From the NCBI RefSeq assembly GCF_036321535.1, contig NC_087437.1, positions 119,848,001-119,912,000 on the forward strand: a stretch of DNA of 64,000 bases, written 5' to 3'. The DNA is from Camelus dromedarius. Taxonomy: Eukaryota. The position numbers and the translations under genes were made by a program. The notes under the pieces are model-generated. The model worked only from the letters and a program-made list of their open reading frames with translations. It was not told the origin of the DNA and did not search any database. Shown here one piece after another: positions 11,629-23,600 of this stretch (within the stretch, counting starts at the first letter, position 1; each line of letters begins with the position of its first letter).

Positions 11629-14600
11629 GTGAGTGCCCGGCGGCGTCCCCGCCAGGGGGACAGACGCCTTCACATCCACCTTGAGGGGAAGGTACCTGGG
11701 AGACGAGCTGCTGACTCTAGGGGACGAGCAGTGGGGAGGAGCCCAGTGCATTCAGCTCCCACCTTGCACGTGGGACCTTTGCAACTGGTGAATGAGACCC
11801 CGGAGGTTTTGGCCACAGCTGCCCCCTGCCCGCCAACAGCCTGTGCCACGTGGAGGAAACGGAATTAGGCAGAAACTAGTCTTAAGAGTATCTTTTTTCT
11901 TTCTTTCAATTATTCCTTTGCTTTGAGACAAAGCATAAAGGAGGGTGGTGATGTTTGGGCTCTGGTCCCTCAGCCCCAAACCATCCAGCAGGGGTCTTTT
12001 CTATCTCAGCGAGGCATAGAGTCATCACAGATCAACGTTTAAGAAAAGACCAATGTCAGAAATTAGGTTGAAAAGACCAGGAATCTACCTTACAGAACCA
12101 TAAGAATTCCAGAGGAGTTATCTTCCCAAATCAGCAGTTTGTTCAAGCAAATAGATTTTCTCTCCTAACTTCCCAGCTCTAGAGGGTGACCCGGAGAAGC
12201 TTCGGCCTGCAGTTAACTTTAAAGTTATGCTCCAGGTCAGGAGAATGAGAGGGAAGGACAGCAGGAGGCTTTCAGAGTCGGCTGAGAAGAAGGAGACTCA
12301 GGGATGAAATGACCAGTCTGAAATCACAGCAGGTGTCAGTTCATAGCCGCAAGACACAGCCTACAGCTTGGGGCATCTTTTATTAAGCATTTATTTTAAG
12401 AAATAAATACGTATGACTCTGTAGACCAGCCTGGGATTCAGGTGTCACCCCCAGTGCACAGATTTTAAACCCACAACTGAAGACGCGAGAGCTAAGTCAC
12501 GTGGGGACGACGACACCTCGTAGGAGAGGCCGCCAGGGACGAGGGCGGAGGCAGGTTCAGCCTCTCCACGGAAACTGCCCTGCGGGAGAGGGTATGCCTG
12601 TTTTGGTGGGCTCCCACGGGGAATGGAGGAGGAAGGCAGACCCTGAATTCGTCATTGGCTGATAGAAATAGTCACTTCTACTTTACCAGTTTTATTTAAT
12701 CTCCCAAATCAACAAATTGGACTTTCTCCAGTTCCCATCTTAATGACCCACGTGCTGACAGAGTTAGGCACACAGCCACTTGCCTTTGCCTCCAAGTGGA
12801 GTGCTGGCGTCTTGGGGACACCTCCTCGCGGCCCTTTGGATGGGGCGGGCCTGGTGCCCAGCGCCTACCTGCGGGAGGCCCAGAGTCGAGTGTGCACCCA
12901 GGGGATGGCCACAGGGTGAAGACACCAGCTCTCCCTGTCTTCCAGGAACACAACCATCTCCCTCCTGACCACGGACGACGCCATGGTCTCCATTGACCCC
13001 ACCATGCCCGCCAATTCAGAACGGTAAGCGGCCGGCGGGACAGCCCGCTCACGCTCGTGGTGTGTCTTTCGCCTCCCTGCCCACGTGGGAGGGTCTCTGT
13101 GGTGTTTCTTTAATTTGCGGCTGCAGGAAGATCTGAATTTAACCAAATATGGGAGGGTGGGGCTGGGGGACTCTGTGAAGGGGGCTGTTGATTCCTTTGC
13201 AGAACTCATCCCTTTCCAAGAAAGTAGCAGCTACAAGACGGGCAGGGACCTCCCCAAGGGCTCCACGTTTGGTTCTTAGCAAGAGCCCTAGGAGGCATTT
13301 ACAGATGGGGAAACTGAGGCACTGAGTGAGCTGTCCCACCACCCATCAGAAAGGGCTGCAGGAGATTCCCTGAGCAGACCCCCTGGGCGACCCACGGGGG
13401 CCAGTCCTGGAGCTGCCCTGCCCAGGACAGGGAGGGGGGGCTGGGGGCCCGAGGAGCAGAACTGGGGGAGGCCTGGTGGGCGAGAGGCTCGGGCAGTAAA
13501 CGCTTCTGTGAATGTGTGTGAAACCAACCCAGCCATATGTAGCTGGAGGAAGGACAAGGACTCCAGTGGGTGCCTGGCCCCTCTGCTCGGCCGCCCGCGA
13601 GGTCCCCTGCGGTCCCCTTCATACTTACAGCTGGGCCGGCAGAACCCAGACGGGGTCCTCTGTAAGGCCGGGGGCAGGGCATGGCTGGGGGTGGGGTGCC
13701 CCTCCCGCTTCTCCCTGAACCCCGCTCTGGGGACACGTGTCAGTCCGGCCATCGGGCTGTGCTGCCCAGCTGCACCAGGCCAGCTGCCCCTGCAGAGCAG
13801 GCGTGCACCAGGCAGGCCCCTACACGTCCCAGCCACTGAGGGGCCCTGGCTGCCTAAGGGCAGCAGGGAAACATTTGGGCTCTCTGTGATGTGGTGGTCT
13901 GGGACCTCTGCTGTAGTCGCCCAGAAGGGTCCCCCACCCAGGTGTGTGTGCCCCTGAGCACCCGGGATGGGCACCTGCTCTCCTTCCGCTGCCCCTGGAA
14001 GCTGCTGTCAGCCATCCTCGCCAGGCTGGGTGTGGGATTCCCCGCCCGGGCAAGGGCACAAGACCGCAGGAGGACTGCCAGGCTTCAGCGGGTAAAGCCA
14101 GGCAAGCCACAAACCCTAGGACGTTGCAGCAGCCTCCGCTGTCCTTGGAGCTCGGCGGTGGGCGGGAGCAGTGTCCTTCCCCGCGCACCCGCGGGCCTCG
14201 GCCAGGCCTCCTCCCCTCCCACTGCGCCTGTCAGTCTCCTGAATTTTTAATTTCGTCATCAGGAGCTTCTGCCCTGAAGCTCTGGCTCTGATGATGCTCA
14301 GATTATGGGTTCTGGGCCCCGGAAGGAGCTATGCTGATTGAATCCACAGACACTCCAGTGAGAGTGTTATAAATTACGGCACAAGCTCCGACCTGACCCG
14401 GATCTTTATTCATAAGGAAGTCACAGGCGACCTGTCACCCTCGGCATACAAAAGATGAAATGCTGTCGACAGAGGGGAAGCGCCCCGTTGTACAAGCCGG
14501 CCTCTGATGGTGCAAAACCGCACTTTTCCTGAGTTAATTTCAACAGTTTGTGGTTTGCTCCCGTTTTGTCCCTTCTTCATGTCTGGCTTGGCACTTTAGT

Positions 14601-17600
14601 CCGTGCCAGCTTCTAGCAGGGGGCTGTCTTGTCCCCGGGGAGACACTTGGCGAAGTCTTCTGCAACAGGGGGCGGTGTCTGCGGGTACCCAGTGGGCAGA
14701 GGCCAGGGCTGCCACAGGTCCCACGGTGCCCGGGACGGCCCTGCCCGAGACTCACCTGCCCAAAATGTCCGTGGTGCCGAGGCTGAGAACCGGTGTGTGT
14801 GGTCCGCCCCCTTTGTCTTCCCAGAGCCGTCAACCTCCTAACCCAGCAGGTCGTGTGCACCCCAGGGGCTGGCTGAAGCATGGCCCCCTCCCGCCCCCCC
14901 GCCCCCGCACCCTTAGTCTGATAGGCTGCGCCTTGGGTGGGGGCCCGGAACTGGCATTTCTGCCGGGCGTCCCAGATCCCGTTCATCGGTGTTCCGACCC
15001 CTGGGCTTCCCCTCCTCTCCCTTTGTCTGCTCCCTGCATTTGCGACCATCGACCTTTTTCCATTTGGGGAGCTGCCCCCTCCACCGACTTCTCCCATCTG
15101 TGCCTGCTTTCCCCACCCTCGGCCCGTGAAAGGTGACGTTCTCCGAGCTTTCCCGCCAGCCCGCTCACCTCGCCCTCCCGTGTGCTACCTGAGCCCCAGC
15201 AAAGCCTCCCGTCTGCTCCGTCCACATTTCCAGCTGCCGTGGGCCCCCCACTTCTAAACACGCAGTATAAACCAGTCCAACCCAATCAGCGGCTGGCAGC
15301 CCTGCCCGCAGGCTGAAACCCCCGGGACCTTCCTTCAAACGGCGCCAGCGCCCAGACGCCCGCTGGGACCGAATGCCTGCGGATTTGGGGGGATGTTTCT
15401 AAAGCTCACCGGGTGATTCTGACGTGCGGCCCGGGCGAGAGTCACCGATGTAAAGTGGGGAAAACCCAAGCAGCTCCTCCTGAGCCCAGGCTGGTGCCTC
15501 GTCAGTCCTTCAGCGACCGGAAGGTCACGCCGCCAGGCACGGGGTTCCCCTTCTCGAAAAGTGCCGGATCAGCTTTGTTTCTTCCCAGAAGATAATCAGG
15601 TCGTGTCCCTTCAGCCTCCTCCCCCCGAGGACCGGCAGCCCCTCTGTCCGCAGCCTCGTCAGCACCTGCCCCCGAGCCTCAGACGCAGAAGCTGCCCCAC
15701 GAGAGGGACTGTTCTGCGGGGGCCGGTCCTCCGCCACGCCGGCTTTCTGCCCAGTTCCCGCTCACAGGAGGGGCTCCTCGCGGCCTCCTCTGCAGGTTCC
15801 AGGGGCTCTTGACTGCGACTGCCTGGATACTGATCAGAAGTCGGGATCCCATCTCTTATACCCAATTTTTTTGGTTCATTTCAAACCAAATATTATGACC
15901 TCCTGACTCTCCCTTCAAAATACTTCTTGCCTTTACAATCAGGGAACGTTCAGACCGGTATTTTAAAATAATCTGGGACATACTTACATAAGTCGGTGGG
16001 GCTATAATCTAACAAGGGGTCGGGTACCTTCCACTCCCTTTTGGAGCTGGGAAGGAAGGTGACTGAGTGCCCGTCAACCCTGATTCCTGCAGATCAACAG
16101 ACACGCGTAGACACATCCCAGCTTTGCTCCGGCCGTGCTCAGAGGGACTGAGCGTCTGGTCCAGGTGCTCCCTCTGGTCAGGGGACCATTCTGGGTCCCA
16201 CGGTGTCCTACTGACAAATGTGTTACATCTTGACGACTCCTTCTGTTTCTGCCACGACGGCTTCAAGACCCTCGTGGAGGGAGGGAAACAGACGCTGAAA
16301 TAGCATGAGAAAAGCACGTGGCAGGGCCCGGGGGTGGGGGGCCAGGATGACACAGCACACACGTGACAAACACCAGCGCCCCTTGATTTCTGATTTTAGC
16401 TCAGGTGTGGTACAGGAAGCTCTCGCCGGGTGAGATGGCCGTGCGCTTGCAAGGACAGCGTGCTCGGCCACCCGCTCAGCTCAGGAGCAGTGCCCCCGGG
16501 TTCTGGCGTGGCTCCCACTAAATGTGTCTGAAAAAGAGGCCTTTGAGCCAGGCACTTGGAGAGAAGACAAATGCAGTCGAAGTCCCAGGCAGGCGGAGAG
16601 TGGTTTATCTCCGCTTTGTGGTCGAGGAAGAAATGAGGAAGATGCAACTTAATTTAGGCTGAGCCAGGAGTTTAGTCAATCGTGGAAGCAATAATACGGT
16701 TCTGAGAACATCCTGTTGCTCAGAATCAAGAGGATTAAGGAGCGAAGAGCCAGGAATAATCTTGAAGGGCCAACTGTCATCAGCGCCTCTAACGGGAGCT
16801 GCCGGACACAGCTCTGTGTCTCCCCATCCTGTGCAGGCGACACTGTCCTCCGCCTCCCGCACCCTCTGCCCCGCCACCGCCATCTCCCCACAGCATCCGG
16901 CCTGCAGGGAGGAGGGGAGGAAAGTCCTTGTGGCCGCAGAGGAGGGGGGTGAGAAACGGGGGGTGAGGACGAGGAGGGGGCCCCGTGCTCCCCTCTCTCC
17001 ACCCGCCGCCCCAACATCAGTGCTGCTTATGGTGGGAGGAGCCTGAGGGAGGAGAGAGGTGGTGGTGGCCGCCTCACCTTGGGTCTCCACACCCCCTGCC
17101 TTGGCGCCCCAGCACCCTGCTCCTCTCCTGGGCGGCACCAACAAGTGTCCAGAGTCTGGCCTCTGGACACCCGTCTGGTTCGAAGCCAGCTCATCCATTG
17201 CTGGTGGGTTTCAGCGAGGCCCCACCCGCCCTGAGCTCTGGCTCCTCTCCTCGTACCTGCAGCTTAGCAGGGCTGACAACCGCCTGGAGGGTTCGGGGAG
17301 GATGGACTTGCCCTGCCAGGCACATCACTGTGAGTACCGAGGCAGCCGGTACCACCATGGGCTGAGCGCCTGCCCCACCCTAGTTGGGCAACAGCCCCCA
17401 TGGTTCACCCGCTCTGCAGGTGGGGCCACACTTCAAACCACATGGATTCAAAGTAAGGTGTTCCGCCAGGAACCAAAGTCCCAAATAACCAATTTCCAGA
17501 GACCTTTGGAAGAGGACCTTAACCTAACTAAGCCGGTGCTCATGCAGGGATGGGCGGGCGTGGACCCCCTCCTCCACGCGCTCTGCCCAGCAGGACCCCT

Positions 17601-20600
17601 CGTGGGAGAGGCCAGGACTCTAGATGGCCACAGGGTTGTCTGCCTGTCATTCATAGTGCTACACTGTTTTTATTTTTATACTTTATCAGTGTTTTAAATT
17701 GTCAAAAATTTTCCACGTGGCCTGTAACCATTAAACCACTGGTATCACCCTCAGTGAATCAGTTACCAGTTCGGTGTTTGGTGTGAATCCTTCCAGACTC
17801 CCTGACTTTCTCCCCAGCTCTAAGCTCGTTCTGCGTCTGTGGCTCTGTGACTCGCTGAGTCTCCTGATAACATGTCACGGGTACCCTCCGCCTCAGTCCT
17901 TGCACACTTACCCGCAGCGTGTAACAACCGAATGACACTCACGGAACAGCTGGTATGTCATCCAGCCCAGGGGGAGAGGGGCCTGAGTACACCTTAGCCA
18001 CTCTGAGAGCACTTACCGCGTCCTTCCGACACGTACTTGACCGTGGGCGTGGGTTCCAGGAGGGCAGAACCTTCTTGACTGGTTCACTGTTGTGCCACCA
18101 GAACCTGATCACGCGAGCCCTCTGGGGAAGGTGTACTCCGGCAGTGCTGGTGAGGACGATTGTCTGTGCCTTGTAGCACTCCTGTTACCAGCTGCTAAAA
18201 TTTTGCTAGACTGCTGAGTGTAAAAACAACAACAACAACAAAAAAAAAAAACAAAAAAAAAAACACTTTTTTTTTTGATTGAAGTGCCGTCAGTTACAAT
18301 GTGTCAGTCTCTGGTGCACAGCACAGTGTCCCAGTCATGCATGCACATACATAATTCGTGCAAGTGCCTCTTTCTTGAGGTGCCTCTTTTTACTTTTTTT
18401 TTTTTTAACTGTTATCAACTCTTAGCAGGGAGGGTGTAGCTCAGTGGTAGAGGGCGTGCTTAGCATGCAGGAGGTCCCCGGTTCAATCCCCTGTGCCTCC
18501 ATTAAAATCAACAAAAAAATAAATAAAACTAATTGCCCCCCCCAAAAAAAAACCTTATCAACTCTTGCCTATTCCTGTTCTTTGCTTATTTTCCACCGAC
18601 TTCCTTGTCTCCCTCCAACCTTTACTGGAGGTCCTTGGATGTCAGGGACAGTGGCCTTTTGTCTGTCCCCAGTATCTTCTCCCCACCCCTGTGGGTCTCA
18701 CGACTGCAGGGGGTGACATGGCCAAGGTGCCCGTGCATTTTCGACTGAGTTACTGACACCTCGGCTCTTGTGCCCTTGGGTGATGCCGTTGCCAGGAGCT
18801 CAAACCAGGCACGAGGGGGGCACCTCCAGCATCCATCCATCAGATGTTGGGCTAGACAAGGGCAAGTCTGAGCCATCCCAGCCGCGCTCAACAAGTTTTT
18901 TTTATTAACCAAATATGAATATGATAGAGGAGGTCCACTGCTTAAATGATATATTTAAAGTATTTAGAGTTCTTCTGAATGAGGAATCTCAGAACAGCCA
19001 AAGAAACTAATTTTTAAAAGACCTAATTCGCTGAATTCTAATTCACCCCGAGCGCTTATGTCTCGTACCAGACGGGCACGAAGGTCTCTGACAGCATCTC
19101 ACAGTGAAACTGCCTTCTCTCTTGCAGGACCCCCTACAAAGTGAGACCCGTGGCCATCAAGCAACTCTCTGGTAAGGCGATGCTAGCGTTTTTTAAATTA
19201 AAAGAGAAAAAGGGGGCTCCAGGCTGCCCCTGTGATTGACTATGCATGAGCTGAGCACTGGCTCGGAAGCCCTTCCTGTTACAGAGCCTAAAGGCGCCGA
19301 CTGCTGCAGGGGCAGCCGTCCTCAGCCCCCCGCAGTCCCAGGATGTCCAGCCCCACCCACGACCCGTTCCTGGCCACTTAGCAGACCCGGGAGATACCCT
19401 GCTCTTGTTTCCCGGGGCCCAGTGCCTTATCCTGTCCACTCAGACTGCGAGGTGGAACGGCCAGCCCTTATGCCCTGCACAGTTGGAGATGCTGTTTTGT
19501 TAAAATTCCATTTCCTTTTGCATCTTTAATCAGCCTTACTTAGGTATCATTTATGCATAATAAAATGTTCCCATTTCAGTGTATATTTTGGTGAGCTTTG
19601 AAAGTTTTACACATCCCTGTTAACTGTCACCAAAACAGAGACGGGACATTCTCATCACCTAAAAAAGTCCCCTGGTGTCTCTTCCCACATTACCGCTGCC
19701 CCCACCTTGACTCCTGGTCTCTGTCAACCACCAGCCTGCTCTCTGACACCGTAGGCTAGGTTTGTCTTATCAAGATTTCCATAGAAAAGAAATTGCATAA
19801 CGTGTGCACTCTTTTCTGACTCGACCTAATGTTTCTGAGACCCACCTGTGTGCTGTGTATGTCAACGATCCATTCCTTTTTATTGGTGAGTAATGTCCCA
19901 AGACGCGGCCGGACCGCCGTTCGCTTGCCCATTCTCCTGCGGAAGGACGTCTGGCTTGCTTCCAGGCTGGGCTGTTTGTGAACGAGGCGGCAGTGAGCAC
20001 CCAAGTACAAGCACTGATGGGGACACGATGTTTCTTCCTCTCGGAGTCGGCGGGGCTGGATGGTTTTGCTGGGCCACGTGGCTAAGGACCCGTTTCACTT
20101 TATAGAACACACCGCCCCGCCGTTTTTTGCACCGTCTTGCGTCCGCATCCACAGTGTGCACGCGTTGCAACAGCCTCACATTCTCAGCCGCGCCTGTGGG
20201 GTCAGTCTTCTTGACGTTAACCATTCTGCTGGGTGTGTAGTGTTGCTGCATTTGGTTTTAACTTCCGTTTCCATGGTGATTAGTGACACTGAGTATCTTT
20301 AAAGTATCTCCCGGCTGCTCATAAATCTCCTCTCACAAAGTGCTTGCTCATGTCTTTTCTGATTTGTCGGTGGCGTGGCAGCGGGTGCTGTTCCTTCTTA
20401 TTCTTAAATTGCGAGTGTCCTTGGTGTCCCTGGGACGCGCACCTTTTGTTAGGGAGGTGTTATAAATATGTTCTCCTGGTCTGCGACTTACCTTTCATTT
20501 TCTTACCATGCCTTTTAGCCCGAATTAAATTGTGAGTAGGCCCAATTTATCCCTGTTTGTCCTTTTATGGTTTGTACTTTTCTGTGTCCTGAGAAATCTT

Positions 20601-23600
20601 CGTTTATCCCGTAGCTGTGAAGTTTTCTCCTCTGTTTTCTTCTGAGTTTTATAGTTTCGGCTTTTACATTTTGGTCAGCGATCCATTTCAAGTTAGTTTT
20701 TGTGTATGCCCTGGGGAAAAAGCTGAGGTTTATTTTTCTTTTTAAAATGTAATATTAATTTAATTTTAATTTTTGTGAGTGATGGCTGCAGAGGAGAACT
20801 TGACGCTGCCCATGCCGTGCTGGGTGTTGTGTGAGTGAGGCAGTGATGGCTCAGTGCCGCCCTTTGCAGTGTTTGAGTGACAGCACTTGTACAGGAGCCC
20901 TGGGTGCTTTAGGTACCGTTCATGCCTAAGTGCTCTTAATTCAGTTCTCTTGATGATAGATGTTAGAGTGAAATACGCGCTGTAACTTTTTGTAGTAGGC
21001 AAATAACTTTTTATCATAAAGAGCTTATCAAGCCCTTGCCTTAATAATAAACCTTTTTTTCTTTCTCTTTTTAATTTTTTTTTTTTTTTTTTTTTTTTGG
21101 TTTTGGTTTTGGTTTGGGGGGGCGATAATTAGATGTATTTATTTACCTATTTTAATGGAGGTGCTGGGGACTGAGCCCAGGACCTCGTGCGTGCTAAGCA
21201 CGCGCTCTGCCACTGAGCTCTCCCCGCCCCCCGCGAACAACTTTTCAACGTAAAAAGCTGCATCAAGCCCTTGCCTTGATAATAAACTTTGTAATTATTG
21301 CTTTTTGTTGTTGTTACTAACTAAATCCTGTGCTCTACTCAGACTTCACTCAGTTTCTCCCAGCGTCCCTTTTCTGTTCCAGGATCCAGTCCACACTCAG
21401 TCGCTAAACTCTCCCGGTCTTCTCTGGCCTGACGGGGTCTCAGACTTGCCTCGTTTGTCATGACCGAGGCAAATTCTGAGTCTGCAGAATGCGGCTCAGT
21501 GGGAGAGCGCCTACATGAGGTCCTGGGCTCAATCCCCAGCACCTCCACTTAGAAAATAAATAAACCTAATTACCTCCCCCGTCGCTAAATAAATAAATAA
21601 ATAAATAATGAAATGAATAAATTCAAGGGAAAAAAAAGAGCTTGTAGGATGCCCCCCAGTCTGGGTCTGTCTGGTGCTTTTGTCATGATCCGCCTCAGAG
21701 TGTGGATTTTTGGAAGGAGAATACAGTGTTCGTGACACCCACACGAACCACAGACATCTTCACTGTCAAGTTACTCTTTTCCCCTTTCTTGCTCTGTCCT
21801 TGGGAAGCGAGTCCTTAAGTCCAGCCTGCCTTCCAGTAAGGGAGAAAGAATTGAGGTTCACTTTCTCTGTACAGGTACCCATTTGTTCCAGCACCATTTG
21901 TTGAAAAAACAGTCTTTTCCCCCATTGAATTATCACAGCACCTTTCTCCAAAAATCAGTTGACCACGTACATGTGAGTCTTTTTCTGGACCCGCTGTCAT
22001 GTTCCATTAATACACACGCCTGTCCTTAAACCAGTGCCACACTGTCGTGGTTCCATAGTTCGTGGTTAAGTCTTGAAGTCAGGAAGTGCAAGTCCTTGGG
22101 TTTCATTCTTTTCCAAAACTGTCTTACTTACTCCAGGCTCCTTTTACTTTCAAATAAATTTTAGAATCAGTCTGTCAGTTGCTACCCAAAAAGTCAGCTG
22201 GGATTTTGATTGAAATGATGTTAAATATATAGTACACTTTGGGAAGAACTTCTGAATTAGGAATGTGGAGTCTTCTGATTCGTGAATATGCTCTCCCTCG
22301 ATTCATCTGGGTTTCCTTCAGTGTCCCTCACTGATGTGTTGTAGTTGTGAAGGTAAAGTTCTTGAATGTCTGTTGATAAACGTGTCACAATGTATTTCAT
22401 ATTTTTTAATGCCATCGTCAATGGATTTTTATAAAGTTTCAATTTCTGTTAGTTTTTAGTTTATAGAACTATAGCTGGCTTTTGTGTATTGACCCGGCTG
22501 AACTCATCTGTTAGATCTAGTACCTTTCTGTGGATTTTCTGTAGATTTCCTGCGATCTCCTACATAGAGAATAGAGAATTGCTTCTTCCTTTCAAATCTG
22601 ATGCTTTCTGTTTCTTCTGTTTGTTTCCTTGTTTTATTGCACTGCCCAGGATGCCCAGTACAGGAGAGGAATGGAAGGTCTGAGAGTGGAGGTTCTTGCT
22701 TTGTTCTCAGTGTCAGAGGGAGCGTGTGAAGGTTTTCAGCATCAATTATGATATCAGTGGAAGGGGTTTTTGGTAGGTGCCCTTTATCAGGTTGAAAGTT
22801 CATTTGGTTTTTTTAAAAATTTCTATTCCTAGTTTGTTGAGAGTTTTAATCACAAATCAGTGTTGAATTTTGTCAAATGCTTTTCTGCCTGCACTGAGGT
22901 CATCATTTTTTTTTCTCCTCTTTCCTGTTAGCAGTGAATTTTACTGATTGATTTTAAAACATTAAACTAAGCTTGCATTCCTGGTGTCGTCTCTGTTTGG
23001 CCACGGCATATTTTCTGTTTGTTTTGGATTAAATTTGCAACTGTTCTGTGAAGGATTCTTGCATCTGTATTAATGAAGAATATTGGTCCATAGTTTCAGT
23101 TTCTTATATTCATCTGGCCTCATAAAGTGAGCTGGGAAGTGTTTCGCCCTCCTCTGTTTTCCGGAAGGGTTTGTGTAGGGCTGGCATTATTTCTACCCGA
23201 AGTGCTGGATAGAATTCACTAGTGAATCCACCTGTGCTTGGAGTTCCTTTGTGGGAAGGTTTTAAATTATGAATTTGATTTAATAGGTAAATTCAGGTTT
23301 TCTGTTTATCTGGGGATTCATTTTAGGAAGCTGTCTCCACATCTCCTAAGTTTTATCTAAGACTTGGTTGGCATGATGTGGTTTGAAATATGTCCTTGTC
23401 ATCCTCCTTAGGTCCACAGACCTGCAGTGAAATCCCCCCTTTCACTCAAGACATCAGACATTTACGTCTTCTCTCTTTTAAAGGTAATCGGTCTAACCAG
23501 AGATTTGTAAATTGTATTGATTTTTTCCCCCAAAGAAAGGGGTTTCATTGGTTTTCTCTGTTGTTTGTCTGCATCCTGTTTCATTGTTTTCTTCTCTTAT

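Noticed and set aside
18428..18500. Apparent tRNA genes at SINE heads
   Set aside because: All have A-rich tails, some have TSDs, and the stems are degenerate; they are SINEs, not functional tRNAs.
21766..22803. Reverse-transcriptase-like peptides on the minus strand
   Set aside because: Frameshifted remnants of old L1 ORF2, not an intact gene.
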